From: an uncultured Gammaproteobacteria bacterium
GTDB lineage: Bacteria; Patescibacteriota; Patescibacteriia; 2-12-FULL-60-25
Length of the DNA stretch: 64,000 nucleotides
Assembly (NCBI GenBank): GCA_964415965.1
Contig: CAYQCK010000003.1
Span: 3,426-67,425 of the forward strand
Direction: 5' to 3'
Position numbers and translations under genes: made by a program. The notes under the pieces were generated by a model that saw only the letters and a program-made list of their open reading frames with translations, was not told the origin of the DNA and did no database searches. Position 1 is the first letter of the stretch. The number at the start of each line of letters is the position of its first letter. Shown here piece after piece: positions 39,316 to 50,454 of this stretch.

Positions 39316-42300
39316 CTACTGCGTCACGCCCAGCTGGAGCGAGCCCTTGAACACGGTCCACGGCCGGAAGCTCTTGACCTTGTCCGCGGACTTGGGATAC
39401 GGGTCGCACATGTTCCTGGTCCGCGGGACGCTCGAGACGTACAGGTCCTGTTTGGAATCGCGGTTGAGCGTCTCGCCGGTGGCGTCGTAGCAGCCGCCGT
39501 ACGGCAGGAGGATGTTGTTCACGCCGGCGAAGCCCATCCCCAATTTGCCGTTCCCCAAGTCCTCGGCGCGGCATTCGCCCGAGCACCAGCCCCAGGCGTC
39601 CTTGATGATGACGCGCGGCGTGAAGCGGCAAGCGTTGTTGGTCTCGTCGAAACAGCCTCCCGGGGGCGCGATGCCGGCCACGCACTTGTCGCCCGGCGCG
39701 CAATCCGTCTTCTCGGTCGCCACGGTGCACTTCTGGGTGTTGTCGCGGTTGCAGTACATCTGGTCGCCGCAGGCCGCCGGTTTCTTGTCCTTGAGGCACT
39801 GGTAGACGTGGGTGTACTCGAAGTAGTTCTGCTCGCAGGCCCGGTCGCTGTTGCCGAAGGTCAGGCGGGGTTGGCACTTGTCGCCCACGTCCAGGCCGCC
39901 CTCGAAGCAATCCTTGTCCTCCACGCACTGGACCGACGGCTTGCTGGCGCAGTAGCTCGTGCTGACGCATTTTCCTCCGGCCGGCGGGCAGTCGTTGTTC
40001 GAGTTGCAGGTGAGTCCGGGCACGAACTCGCACTCCTTGGTCGACCCGCAGATCGGCTTCTTGTTCTTCATCCGGCTGTCATGGAACTCCTGGCTGGTGC
40101 CGTCGCCCCAATCGACCCAGATGTCCTTGATGCCCATCTGGTTGTCGGCCGCCCAGCCGTAGAACTGGATGGTGTTGACCGACTGTCCGCCGATGTACGC
40201 GACCTTGCCTTCGGCCATGCCGTCCAGGGCGAACGTCCCGACCTGCGATATCGGGCACTGTCCGGCCGACGGGCACTGGCGGGTCGTATCCGGCGCCGCC
40301 ATGGTCGGCGGCCGCGGGGCATAATAGGACATGTAGCCGTAGTTAGCCTCGTAAGGCGCCGGATCCTTCTTGTTCTTGTCCGCGATGTACGGCGGCATGT
40401 GCAGGCCGCTGCTCACGTCGGTCGGCGGCAGCCACATCTTCAGGTTGTACGACTCCTCCCCGGACTTCGGCGCCGGGACATTGCCCATGGTCCCCTGGTT
40501 GTTGTAGTCGCGCTGGGTGATGGCGGTCAGGCAGACGGCCTTGTTGAGGTCGTACCCGCACAGGTCGGCCCGGGGATAATAACCCGTGCCGTGGGTACAG
40601 GAGTTGTTGTCCTCGTCCGGGTTGGTCGCGGTCGGCGAACCCTGGTTGTTCTTGGTGGTGCAGTCGTAGTAGGGCGAGTTCGATTTCATCGGGTTGCCGT
40701 TGCCGTCAGACACCGGTTGGCAGAAATTGCTGTCATCACCGGTCACCCACAGCGGCTTGCAGGTGCTGGTCGAGGCGCAGAACATCCCGTCGAACACGCC
40801 GCCTTCGCACAAGCCGGGAGCCATGTCATCCGGACCGCTCCAGCGTATGGCCGTCGATGAGTGGTCGAAATACGGAACGTCGTGGGAGAAGCCGCCGCTG
40901 CAACCAGTTGTATCGCCTCCGAGCTTCGTGAATTCGCCGCACCTCGAAGAAGGCACCGGCAACCTCTCGCAATGCCCCGGAATCACCAACCTTACCCAAG
41001 GCGCTGACGCCGGGAAGGTGTAACCGGAATAGGGTTTGGACACTTGTCTGACGTTCACTACTCCCGGGAATCGTTTGATCGCATCTCCCGGATTTGAGTT
41101 AAGGTCGTACATGAAGTACCGGGTCCCATCCAAGGTATTTCCACCGATGTCTTTCCGCAACGTTTGGCCGTCAGTACCGAACCAACCGTCGGTTGAGTTT
41201 GACGTCCACCAGGGCACGGTTGCGGTATCGAATGACGCTTCAACCGATACGCCGACGCCCCGATACTGCTCCTTGCCGCAACTAGGCGAACCGGGACCGC
41301 ACGGATCATTGATGGGATAGTTGTAGTTCTGAGTGTCCAGATATGCGGGCCAGCTCATCTTCCATCCCGGGGTATGCGGCGTCTGGCCTTTGGACTTGGT
41401 CACCCAGGCATGGTTCTTGGGGAAAGGCATGGCCTTGTTCGGCTGGCCGCCGGCCTTGGCCGAATCCCAGAACCACCAGGTCTGCCACCAGAATGTACAA
41501 TCATAATCCTCATTGCACTGGGCGTTATCATACCCGTTGGTGCACCGATGGGTTGTCTTGTCGCAGACCGAATAACCAGCGCCCTTAGCCGATGGACCGA
41601 CTTCCAGCGGGCAGTCCAAGGACGGCATCCCTTCGCTCGGCTGGCGGCACCAGCCGTTGGTGCCGTCCGGGAACTTGACGCCGGCGTCGGCGCACTTGAA
41701 CGCGCCGGCCTTGGCCGCGGTCTTGCGCTGGACGAACTTCACGTTGCCTTGGGTGCAGCCCGGGATGCCGGCTTCGTTGCAGTCCGCCAGGGCGACCGCA
41801 TCGGTGCCGCTGTAGGCATAGCCGCTGACCGAACCGTCGTCGCCTTTGACTTCGGACCAGCCCGGCGCCAGGTCGCACGGCACGTACTGCGCCTTGAATT
41901 CCCCGTTCACCAGCCTGACCGGAGCCGCGTGGCAGACGTGATAGCCCTCGAGCGTCAGCGAGGCGCTGCACGGCAACCCGGCGTTCACGCCCGAAAGCGC
42001 GTTGCAGAACGCCGAATCGTCGTTGACCACGTCGTACAGCGTCGGGTTGCAGGTGCCGGTGTATCCGCAATATTTCTGGGACAGCGAGGCTTTGGTCGAG
42101 GCGACCAATTCATTCCAGTTTTTCTGCTGCGCGGGCGTCATCGGCTCGGCCGGCTTCGTGATCTTCGAACCGAACTTGGTGTACAGGACGGTCGCGTCGT
42201 CGACCAAGGTCTTGAGGTTGGGGCAGCGCGAACCGTAGTTCGGCCCGGCGATGCAGGCCCACGAGTTCTTGCCGACCGGCATGTCGTGGTACTGGTAGAC

Positions 42301-45300
42301 ATTGTAGATCTTGGCGAAGATGTCGTTGAGATAAGCCCAGTTGCCGAGCGGCATCATGGCCGTCTTGGCGTAGTTCGAACCGCTCGCCAGGAAGGTCGGA
42401 CGGACGCCGGACAGCTTGAACGTGGCTTTGCCGGACAGCGGACCCATCTGGTAGAGGGGATCCTTGCCGATGGCCTTGGTGTGCTTGGCCGCCCCGAACG
42501 GCGGGTTGAGCGTATCGTAGGTGAAACCCAAAGTCGGGATGGAGTACGCCCCGCCGTCCCAAATGCGGTCAGTGAAGGCGGCTGTCTCGTGGGTCGTCGG
42601 CGAGCTCGTGCGCGCCACCTGCTTGCAGATGTCGGCATGGTTCACGTCCAGGTACATGTACATGTAGCGCTCGGTCGTCGCTCCGGGATAGGATGCCGTC
42701 ACCCACCAGCCCACGAAGCGGAACGGGCCGCCCAACTGGGTACCCGACGGATCCATCTTGTTCTCCGGCACCCGGTTATCCTCCGGCGAGGCGTCCTCGA
42801 ACATCGCCCGGATGGCGAAGAACGGCTTCGACGACTCGGATTCGGCGAACATGACGTCGGCCGGGTCGAGTTTGCGCGGCCCGCCCACCGAATCGTCGAA
42901 CGTCCGGAATTTCTTCTGGCCATCGGCGCGCAAGCCCGTCTCCCAATACTTGTAATAGCACAAGGCGTCGCCTTCGCTGTCGTCGCCGTTCTCCGGATAC
43001 TTGCACGGCAGCCTGGCGAGCTTGGTGCCTTTTTCGTTCTTCAAGTAGCCGAAGTTCTCCGAGGTCAACGGCTTGAACTCGGCCATGACGCGGTTTATCA
43101 GGGTCGCGGCCGCGCTGTCCCAGCCCGCGCCGCTCTGATCGACCTTGAACTCGTCGACCCACCAGCCGGATTCGCCGCACGCCCAAGTGCCGCCGACGCC
43201 CGTCTTATACATCGGGTTGAAAACGAAGCTCGTGAAGTTCTGCTCCAGCGCCGCCTTCGCCGTCTTCGGGTCGGTCGAGGTGGCGATCTTGATGTCGTTG
43301 TACAGCCATTGGGCCCACGCGACATCATTGAATTCGATGAAATACTCAGAATAATTGCGGCCCAAACCGCGGCCCGTGGTTATCCAGCGGCCGGCGCGGA
43401 TATCGTTGGCCACGTCGCCGCCGGCATAGGCCATGCGGACGCCGGCGCAATTCGATCCGCTCTCGCCGCCATTGGCCCGCACCCCATCCAAGGTGGCTCC
43501 CAAACCGCAATGAGCCTCGTACCAATCGTCGTCACTGTTCCATGAATCATAACCCCACGGCATGGGATGGTCGTTCACGACGTCCGTGTCGATGACGTAG
43601 CACTCGTGGTAATCGAAGTGGGTGATCTTGCCCGGAGGCGTCTTGACCAACATGGACTTCAGGTCGCCCTCCGGCGGAGTTTTGCATTTGATACCGTCCT
43701 CGCTCGTACGAATGGGATACATCTTCCATTCGCAGATATTGTGGTTGGCCTGCGTCTTCATGGTCCGCGGTTCCCGCGATTTGGACAGGCAGTAGTATTC
43801 GCCGGAGCTGGCGGGCGGCAGATAGCTGGCCGTCGGTTCGTAGTGGTAGCGGTCCTGCTGGCCGGCCAAGACCGGGGCCGGGTTCCAGACCAAGCACGGG
43901 TTCCGGTCCAACGCGCCGCCCAATTTGCGGCTGTAGTCGCGCTGCAGGCACTGGCCGATGACGCCGCGGACAAAGGTGTCCTTGTCCAAAGGCGAACAGG
44001 AACCGGAACGGCACCCGGCCGGCACGATATCCGAACCGGAGATCTTCGACGGGGCGACCGCGGCATCCTGGCCAGCGATGGCCTGCGCCAAGGCGGCGTT
44101 CTGCGAAGCCTGGTCTGCCTGGCCCTGCTTCTTGGCCTGCTCGGCCGCCGCATCCGGATCGCAAGCCTTGCCTGCATCCAATCCGCCGACACAGATGCCT
44201 AGCGGCGCCGTGCCAGCGAAGGCCGAGTAGTACTTCTTCTTGGCTCCATACGACACCTTGCGGTACGAGCAATCGCAATCCTCTCCGTATTCGCAGAATT
44301 CGACCGAATCGTAGCCGTCCAGGAACGTCTTCGGCAACGGCGGATCGACCGTCAAATCCCAATCCTTGATGAATTTGTTGGCGAACGGGGAAGTCGCTTC
44401 GGGATGCGCCCGGCACTCGACGGGCGGATAATGGCGGTTCAGGTTGTTGTCCGTGGCCAGCGACGCGCTCTGTTCGAAGGTCGTCGAGATCTTTTGGGCA
44501 TTGCCGGGCAGTCCCAGGAACTGGCCCAACGCCTCGTTCAGGACGGTCGTGTAGGGCTTCTCGATCGGCAGATAGCAATTCGGCGTCGGTTCGTCCTTGA
44601 TCTTGTAGCCGATCATCCCGGTCTGCGCATGCTTGCACAGGTTGAGGTACGGATAGGCCGTATCCTTGAAATCCACGGCGAACCAGGGTTCGGTGCACGC
44701 AGCTTTGCCGTCGATGCAATCCTGGTTGGTGGCCATCGGCACGGCCGCCACCAGCCGGAACTCGTTGTACAGGGCGTCGCGCTGTTTGCCCGGCCGCATG
44801 AGTTCATACGCCACCCGGCGCATCTGCAGGTCGGACACCTGGAAATGGTTGGGGATGGTGTAGCCCGTGTAGTCGATCGAACCGAAACCCGTGATCCGCT
44901 TGATGTACGAACCGATGTCCGTGAACCGGCCCTGGGCCAGCTGGCTGGTCGGGTCTGACTTGCGGTCCACGTAATGGCCGCAGAAATTCTTGCTGGCCGC
45001 GCCGCCCGCCTGGTCACAGGCCGAGAGGTTGGTGCACAGGTCGATGTACTTCTGCTGGGACGGGTCATAGACCGTCTCGGCCGACGAGCAGCCGAGCCAG
45101 GTCTGGCAATCGCGGTCGAGCTTCACCTTGAGGATGAGGTTGGAGTCGTTGGGACGCGTGCATTTGCCTTGGTATTCCCAGGTGCCGCCCCCGACAGGAC
45201 GCTCGAAAGAGCAATCGTTATCGGTTTTACAGGAGACGTTCTGGTATGCCAGCAGGCCCGGGACGGTTGCGCTCTGGATTTCGATCGGGGCGAATATCCC

Positions 45301-48300
45301 TCCGCCCTGTTGTGTTTTCGGTCGGGCCTTTTGTTCGACGCAGCGCCCGGCATTGACGCAATGTTCGTTGGTCGGGTCGTTCTCGCAGTTGATGGTGCCC
45401 ACCGCCACATCGCCGTCGGCATGACTCTTGGCGTAGGTCGCCGTCGAATTGAACGTCAGCGAGCTGTCGTTCATGTCGCGGAACAGCACGCAGCCCGAGA
45501 GCGGATCCACCTTGCCCTTGCACGATGCCTTGTCCAAGGCCTCGTTGGCGATGAAGAAATACGGTTTGCCTTGCGGATGGGCCTGGTCGCTCTTGTCGCT
45601 CGGGTCGCGGTATTCGGTGCACTCCGACTGCTCGCTCGGGCACAGGTTGACCCAGCCGCGGTAATTCGGGGCGGCCGTGAACTCGGTCAGGAAACTGCTG
45701 CCGCCGGCCTGCTTTTCCGGATAGCACGGTACCGGCGGTTCGGCGCCTTTGACGAACCAGCCCGAATACTCACCTTCCGGATAAGCCGGATTGGCGGACG
45801 CCTTAACCTTCACCTTATCCTTCCATTCGCAGACATGGTCGCGCGGGTCGCGGAAATACGAGGTGACCGGTCCGCTCACGAATTTGTCGCACAACAGCTC
45901 GCTCGGCCGGCACAGCATGTCCGGCTCTCCCCCGCCGTCCACGTATTTCTTGATGTCGTCCTTGAGGTAGACCGTCTCGTAGGTCGAACTCGGGACGCCG
46001 AAGGCGTCGAACGTCGGTTTGCCGAAGGCGCGGCAAGACGCGGCGGTCGCGGCGCAGCGCGTGCTCGGTTCGTCGATGGCGTAGAGGTAGCGGTCGGCCG
46101 GCCGGGTGACGGTCAAGGTGCCGGCGTACAGTTTGTCCCACTGCTTGGTCAGGGTGTTCTGGTCGTAACCCGCCAGCTTGAAGTCGTCGGCATAGGCGCT
46201 GTCCGAATTCCGCGTATCGATGAACGCCGCGCACCCGACCGACTCGTAGCGGCACAACCGGCTGAACTGGCGCAGGTCCACCTTCTTGCCGTTCCGGTCG
46301 CGGTATTCGCGGCAGCCCAACATGGCCTGCGGCAGCGGCACGCCCTCCGGGGTCTGGTCGCATTCGGCCGGGACGGTCCAGGAATCCTTGTTGACGTACA
46401 CCACATCCTGCAGGCGCTGGACGGTTATCTCGTCGAAATAGCTCGGCGACGGCAGGTTGCCGAACGTCAGGGTCTGGTTCGGGCTCCCCATGGCGCGGAA
46501 CGGCCCGAGCTCATAGCGCTTCCAATCGGTGCCGGCCTTGAAACCGCCGGCCGGATTGCCGCCCAAGCTGACAGTCACGTTCTTGCCCGTATTGTCCAGT
46601 GATTTGTACCAGAAGCTGACCGAATACAGGGTATTGGTCGTGGCCGGGAACGTGACATTGAAAGTCGCCGCCGCCACCGCCGACTGGTATTTGAGCGAGT
46701 AGTCGCCGACCATCAGCGCTTCGGGCGAGAAACCGAACGTCGTGCCTTGGCCCGTGACCGAGAACGCGTTTGAGCTGGTGGCGTTGGCGAACGTCTCCTT
46801 CAGGACGACGGTCGTATTGCGGCCGGTCGTGCCCAGGTAGCCGCGGCAGCCGGCATTGACCGCGTCGCACTGGGCGCTTTCGGCCAAGAGCACGCTGTAG
46901 AGGCAGTCGCCGGTCTCGGAGCGGTAGCTGCCGCCGGTCTTGGTGCAGTCGTCGGTGTTGGAATTGTTCTTGCGGTAATCGCGGCAGTCGGCCGACGACA
47001 CCACGGTCTTAGAATAATACGAGTAGAACGCCTTGCCCTGTTCGTCGTAGAACTGGCGGCAGTCCGCATCGGCTTTCGCACCCCAATTGTCGGCGTTGCA
47101 GTCGGCGGAGTTCTTGAGGATGCCGTCAGGTCCGGCTTTCTCGATGTTCAGCGGCGCGTAATGCGGCGTCGGATCGTTGGGGTCGACCGGGGTCGGGTTC
47201 TTGATGAGGCTCCAGGTCTTGAGTTGGTAGCCGGTCGTGTCCGAACCTTCCCAGGTGAAGTACGTCTGGGAATTAGCGTTCGGTTTTTGGCAGGCGCGGG
47301 CATAGGTCAGGTAAGCCACTTCCTCGCCGCCCAAAGCCGCCGCCTCGACGTTCGTCATCCCCTCGCATCCGGCTTGGGCCGCGTTGCAGGCCTGCGCCTG
47401 CTTCGGGATGAAGACGGCCTTGGTGTCGTCCTTCGGGTCATCGAGCGGATCCGCGGACGGCACCGGCGCACCCGTGTTGACCAGGTCGAAGGCCGACGGC
47501 AGTTTCTGGTATTCGGCGTAACCGACGCATGAGTTCGGGCAATAATCGGTCTGCGACAGGATGGCCGGCACTTCGGTCGTGTCGCCCGCCCCGACTTCCG
47601 TATATCCTTGGCAGCCGGCATCGGCCTGGAGGCACATCTTGGCGTAGCCGTCGCACTCCTTGCGGTCGAGCTTGCTGTCGCCGGTGCAATTGAATTCCTC
47701 CGGCGGAAGCTTGATGTGCAACGACGGCAATCCCGGGTTGTTGCCGTCCAGGAAATCGGTCGGGGCGAAACCTTCTTCGAGCTGGACCGCGTCGATGGCC
47801 GCGTTCGTGCCGGCCACCGCAATCTTCGCCGTTTGCGCGTCCTTGTTCGTCAGGAACTCGCAGGTGAAGCGCGTCCAATCGGCGGTCAACCCTCCGGCGC
47901 CGACGTTGGCGCGGGTCTGGGCCGCCCCTCCGGGCGCCCCGACGATCGTCGAATTGCAGTTCGGGCTGCGGTAATAGTTCGTGCCCGCCGCGACATCGGT
48001 CCCCGCCGCATTCAACAAAACCGCGGTCACTGAAGCTATCCCGGCCGGACCGTTGCCGCGGGCATAGAAGGACAGCACGTAATTCCTCAAAGGCTTGACC
48101 TTGACCCTCTGGACCAGCGGCACGACCACCGCGCCGAACGCCTGGCTGCGGCTGCCTTCGAAAGATACATCGCCGTCCTGCGTATCCAGCGCTTTGACTA
48201 CAGCCGGAGCTGACGGGTTCGCGCTATCGGACCAGCCGTCATAATAACCGTCCTGGTTCTTCAGCGTGTCCTCGAACGAACCGTTACGCACCAGGTTCAG

Positions 48301-50454
48301 GGCATTCTGGCTCGGCTGGACGCGCAGTACCTTGGTGCAGCCGTCGCCCGACGCGTCGCATTTCTCGACCTTGGAGTCGAAGTAGACGCGCGGCATCGTG
48401 CCGAGGGTCACGGATTTCTTGTCGGTCGTGGCAGTATTGAGCCATTTCAGGGTCGAGGTCACGGACATGTCGTATTGCGCGGAGTAGAACATGCAGCCGA
48501 CATTGTCCTGGTTGCAGGCGCCGTAATCCACGGAATTGCGCACGTACGACACCTCCGCGCCCTTCTGGTAACCGTCGCTCCGCGATTTGTAGGTCCGGCA
48601 GCTGACGAATTTCTCGTCGCAAGCGTCGGCGCCGAAACGCCAGACCGTCTTCTCGGCCAAGCAGTACCCGTAACCGCCGGTGCAGACGCCCTTGTCGTCG
48701 CGCTTGAGGCACGAGACCGGATCCGCGCATTCCTGCAGGCGGGCGCTCGTGCCTTGGACCATCAAGGTATCGCTGTAGCCTTTCAGCTGGCACTTGAACG
48801 GCGGCGCCGTCAGCACCCAGGCCGGGTCGATCAGGTGGCACCACGGATGCTCGGCATCGAGCTTATTGTCCTTGTTGCAGTCGTTGTAGCCGCGGATGAC
48901 CGTCCCGAGGGTCACGTACTTGCCGCTGTTCTTGATGTTGAACGGGGAATTCGCCGCCAACTCCCAGCCGATGGGCAGGATGCGGGCGAACCGCAACTTG
49001 GCCAGGTTGGAGGCGCAATAGGCGCGCTGATAGCAACCCGGATCCTGGTCGTTCTTGACGTCCGTCGCCGGGATGAGCTCCCAGTCCTTGTGCAGGAATG
49101 CGGCCGGCGCGGCGCCGCCCAGGCCGGCCGCGCGGGACACGGTGTAGGCGCCTTCCGTGGTCGCGTTCTTCACGGCCGAGACCATGCCGTCGTCCATGGT
49201 GCAATGCCAATAACCGCGGTTGTCCGGACAGATCGCCATCTCGGACACGATATCCAGCATGTCCATGGTCACCATGTTCGGCGAGATGATGTCGGTGAAG
49301 GCCTTGGCCCGCGCTTTCTTCGGTTCGGCCGCCTTTTCGGCGTACGGGTTCGTCAGATCCATCTGGTAGTTGGTGTCGTCGCTCGAATCCTCGCCCATCA
49401 GGAAAGCCAAAAGCTTCTGGAGCGCGCCGGTCGCCAAGGTCGAGAGGAAAGCCATGCCGGCCACGACAGGCAGCTGCTCGATGGTGGCCCACATGGCCTG
49501 CAGGGCCATGTTGTTGACCTGGGCGATGGTCATGTCCTTCACCAAGCCGGCTTGGTTGTTCTGCGCGATGGTCTCTTGGATGACGACGGCCGGCGTCTTG
49601 ATTTCAGGGTTGAGAGGGCCACGTTTGACCGTCTTCAGGCCCTTGGTCTCTTGGCGGTCGAGTTCGGCCGCTTTCTGTTCTTCGGACTTGCCGACCAGGT
49701 ACATGCTGTTGACGCGCAAGTTGAAGTCGAAATCGTTGCCGCCGACATCCACGCTCCTGACCATGGCCACGGCGATATCCCGGGGCTTGAGCTGGCGGTA
49801 CATGTTCTCGAAATTCTCCTTGACTCCCTGGAACGTACAATCCGGCCCCGGGACCTTGGCGACCGAGCCGATGCCGAGCGCCAGCTTCATGCCGAAGTTC
49901 GGCTGGGTACACAACCCCAGGCCCCACTGTTTGTCCAACTGGTCGATGAACCGGTTGGTGAATTCCATGCCCAGGTTCTTGACCATGCCCCCGAATCCCT
50001 GGCGCCAAAAAGCCGGCTGGCCGTGCATGCCCTCAAGCACCCACTGGGCCGTCTGCTGGCCGATGGTGATGGCGAAATTGAACAGTACGTCGGACAATGC
50101 CCTGACCACGACCATCTGGAGATAGCCTCCGACTTTCGCGACCTGGCCCTTAAGGACCTCGAAATACTGGCAATCTGGAGCCATTTCTTGCCCAAACACC
50201 CAACTGGATATGCCTCCATACATCCCAGGCATCGATCTAGCCTGCCAATCATACGAACTGCAGACCGGAGTCTCCATCGCGACCTGGGCGATCGCACTGT
50301 AGTCCTCGTCCGCGGCCTTGGCTTCCGGGACCGCTGCGGCCAGCGATGCCGTGACCAGCGAAAGCATGGCCAGCATCATCGAGCCTTTCGCCAACAGGCG
50401 GTAGCATTTTTTCAGGACAGCGGGCATAGCGTTTTTAGGGGTATATTTCGGCAC
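39316..50454 (-). CDS. giant (3712 aa) cysteine-rich secreted or surface protein
   Basis: Single uninterrupted 11.1-kb ORF. N-terminal signal/anchor (SMMLAMLSLVTASLAAAVPEAKA). Well over 100 Cys spread throughout and Gly/Asp/Asn/Thr-rich. No internal stops and the composition is not Arg-rich. Confidence 0.85.
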   Translation of the reverse strand: MPKYTPKNAMPAVLKKCYRLLAKGSMMLAMLSLVTASLAAAVPEAKAADEDYSAIAQVAMETPVCSSYDWQARSMPGMYGGISSWVFGQEMAPDCQYFEVLKGQVAKVGGYLQMVVVRALSDVLFNFAITIGQQTAQWVLEGMHGQPAFWRQGFGGMVKNLGMEFTNRFIDQLDKQWGLGLCTQPNFGMKLALGIGSVAKVPGPDCTFQGVKENFENMYRQLKPRDIAVAMVRSVDVGGNDFDFNLRVNSMYLVGKSEEQKAAELDRQETKGLKTVKRGPLNPEIKTPAVVIQETIAQNNQAGLVKDMTIAQVNNMALQAMWATIEQLPVVAGMAFLSTLATGALQKLLAFLMGEDSSDDTNYQMDLTNPYAEKAAEPKKARAKAFTDIISPNMVTMDMLDIVSEMAICPDNRGYWHCTMDDGMVSAVKNATTEGAYTVSRAAGLGGAAPAAFLHKDWELIPATDVKNDQDPGCYQRAYCASNLAKLRFARILPIGWELAANSPFNIKNSGKYVTLGTVIRGYNDCNKDNKLDAEHPWCHLIDPAWVLTAPPFKCQLKGYSDTLMVQGTSARLQECADPVSCLKRDDKGVCTGGYGYCLAEKTVWRFGADACDEKFVSCRTYKSRSDGYQKGAEVSYVRNSVDYGACNQDNVGCMFYSAQYDMSVTSTLKWLNTATTDKKSVTLGTMPRVYFDSKVEKCDASGDGCTKVLRVQPSQNALNLVRNGSFEDTLKNQDGYYDGWSDSANPSAPAVVKALDTQDGDVSFEGSRSQAFGAVVVPLVQRVKVKPLRNYVLSFYARGNGPAGIASVTAVLLNAAGTDVAAGTNYYRSPNCNSTIVGAPGGAAQTRANVGAGGLTADWTRFTCEFLTNKDAQTAKIAVAGTNAAIDAVQLEEGFAPTDFLDGNNPGLPSLHIKLPPEEFNCTGDSKLDRKECDGYAKMCLQADAGCQGYTEVGAGDTTEVPAILSQTDYCPNSCVGYAEYQKLPSAFDLVNTGAPVPSADPLDDPKDDTKAVFIPKQAQACNAAQAGCEGMTNVEAAALGGEEVAYLTYARACQKPNANSQTYFTWEGSDTTGYQLKTWSLIKNPTPVDPNDPTPHYAPLNIEKAGPDGILKNSADCNADNWGAKADADCRQFYDEQGKAFYSYYSKTVVSSADCRDYRKNNSNTDDCTKTGGSYRSETGDCLYSVLLAESAQCDAVNAGCRGYLGTTGRNTTVVLKETFANATSSNAFSVTGQGTTFGFSPEALMVGDYSLKYQSAVAAATFNVTFPATTNTLYSVSFWYKSLDNTGKNVTVSLGGNPAGGFKAGTDWKRYELGPFRAMGSPNQTLTFGNLPSPSYFDEITVQRLQDVVYVNKDSWTVPAECDQTPEGVPLPQAMLGCREYRDRNGKKVDLRQFSRLCRYESVGCAAFIDTRNSDSAYADDFKLAGYDQNTLTKQWDKLYAGTLTVTRPADRYLYAIDEPSTRCAATAASCRAFGKPTFDAFGVPSSTYETVYLKDDIKKYVDGGGEPDMLCRPSELLCDKFVSGPVTSYFRDPRDHVCEWKDKVKVKASANPAYPEGEYSGWFVKGAEPPVPCYPEKQAGGSSFLTEFTAAPNYRGWVNLCPSEQSECTEYRDPSDKSDQAHPQGKPYFFIANEALDKASCKGKVDPLSGCVLFRDMNDSSLTFNSTATYAKSHADGDVAVGTINCENDPTNEHCVNAGRCVEQKARPKTQQGGGIFAPIEIQSATVPGLLAYQNVSCKTDNDCSFERPVGGGTWEYQGKCTRPNDSNLILKVKLDRDCQTWLGCSSAETVYDPSQQKYIDLCTNLSACDQAGGAASKNFCGHYVDRKSDPTSQLAQGRFTDIGSYIKRITGFGSIDYTGYTIPNHFQVSDLQMRRVAYELMRPGKQRDALYNEFRLVAAVPMATNQDCIDGKAACTEPWFAVDFKDTAYPYLNLCKHAQTGMIGYKIKDEPTPNCYLPIEKPYTTVLNEALGQFLGLPGNAQKISTTFEQSASLATDNNLNRHYPPVECRAHPEATSPFANKFIKDWDLTVDPPLPKTFLDGYDSVEFCEYGEDCDCSYRKVSYGAKKKYYSAFAGTAPLGICVGGLDAGKACDPDAAAEQAKKQGQADQASQNAALAQAIAGQDAAVAPSKISGSDIVPAGCRSGSCSPLDKDTFVRGVIGQCLQRDYSRKLGGALDRNPCLVWNPAPVLAGQQDRYHYEPTASYLPPASSGEYYCLSKSREPRTMKTQANHNICEWKMYPIRTSEDGIKCKTPPEGDLKSMLVKTPPGKITHFDYHECYVIDTDVVNDHPMPWGYDSWNSDDDWYEAHCGLGATLDGVRANGGESGSNCAGVRMAYAGGDVANDIRAGRWITTGRGLGRNYSEYFIEFNDVAWAQWLYNDIKIATSTDPKTAKAALEQNFTSFVFNPMYKTGVGGTWACGESGWWVDEFKVDQSGAGWDSAAATLINRVMAEFKPLTSENFGYLKNEKGTKLARLPCKYPENGDDSEGDALCYYKYWETGLRADGQKKFRTFDDSVGGPRKLDPADVMFAESESSKPFFAIRAMFEDASPEDNRVPENKMDPSGTQLGGPFRFVGWWVTASYPGATTERYMYMYLDVNHADICKQVARTSSPTTHETAAFTDRIWDGGAYSIPTLGFTYDTLNPPFGAAKHTKAIGKDPLYQMGPLSGKATFKLSGVRPTFLASGSNYAKTAMMPLGNWAYLNDIFAKIYNVYQYHDMPVGKNSWACIAGPNYGSRCPNLKTLVDDATVLYTKFGSKITKPAEPMTPAQQKNWNELVASTKASLSQKYCGYTGTCNPTLYDVVNDDSAFCNALSGVNAGLPCSASLTLEGYHVCHAAPVRLVNGEFKAQYVPCDLAPGWSEVKGDDGSVSGYAYSGTDAVALADCNEAGIPGCTQGNVKFVQRKTAAKAGAFKCADAGVKFPDGTNGWCRQPSEGMPSLDCPLEVGPSAKGAGYSVCDKTTHRCTNGYDNAQCNEDYDCTFWWQTWWFWDSAKAGGQPNKAMPFPKNHAWVTKSKGQTPHTPGWKMSWPAYLDTQNYNYPINDPCGPGSPSCGKEQYRGVGVSVEASFDTATVPWWTSNSTDGWFGTDGQTLRKDIGGNTLDGTRYFMYDLNSNPGDAIKRFPGVVNVRQVSKPYSGYTFPASAPWVRLVIPGHCERLPVPSSRCGEFTKLGGDTTGCSGGFSHDVPYFDHSSTAIRWSGPDDMAPGLCEGGVFDGMFCASTSTCKPLWVTGDDSNFCQPVSDGNGNPMKSNSPYYDCTTKNNQGSPTATNPDEDNNSCTHGTGYYPRADLCGYDLNKAVCLTAITQRDYNNQGTMGNVPAPKSGEESYNLKMWLPPTDVSSGLHMPPYIADKNKKDPAPYEANYGYMSYYAPRPPTMAAPDTTRQCPSAGQCPISQVGTFALDGMAEGKVAYIGGQSVNTIQFYGWAADNQMGIKDIWVDWGDGTSQEFHDSRMKNKKPICGSTKECEFVPGLTCNSNNDCPPAGGKCVSTSYCASKPSVQCVEDKDCFEGGLDVGDKCQPRLTFGNSDRACEQNYFEYTHVYQCLKDKKPAACGDQMYCNRDNTQKCTVATEKTDCAPGDKCVAGIAPPGGCFDETNNACRFTPRVIIKDAWGWCSGECRAEDLGNGKLGMGFAGVNNILLPYGGCYDATGETLNRDSKQDLYVSSVPRTRNMCDPYPKSADKVKSFRPWTVFKGSLQLGVTQ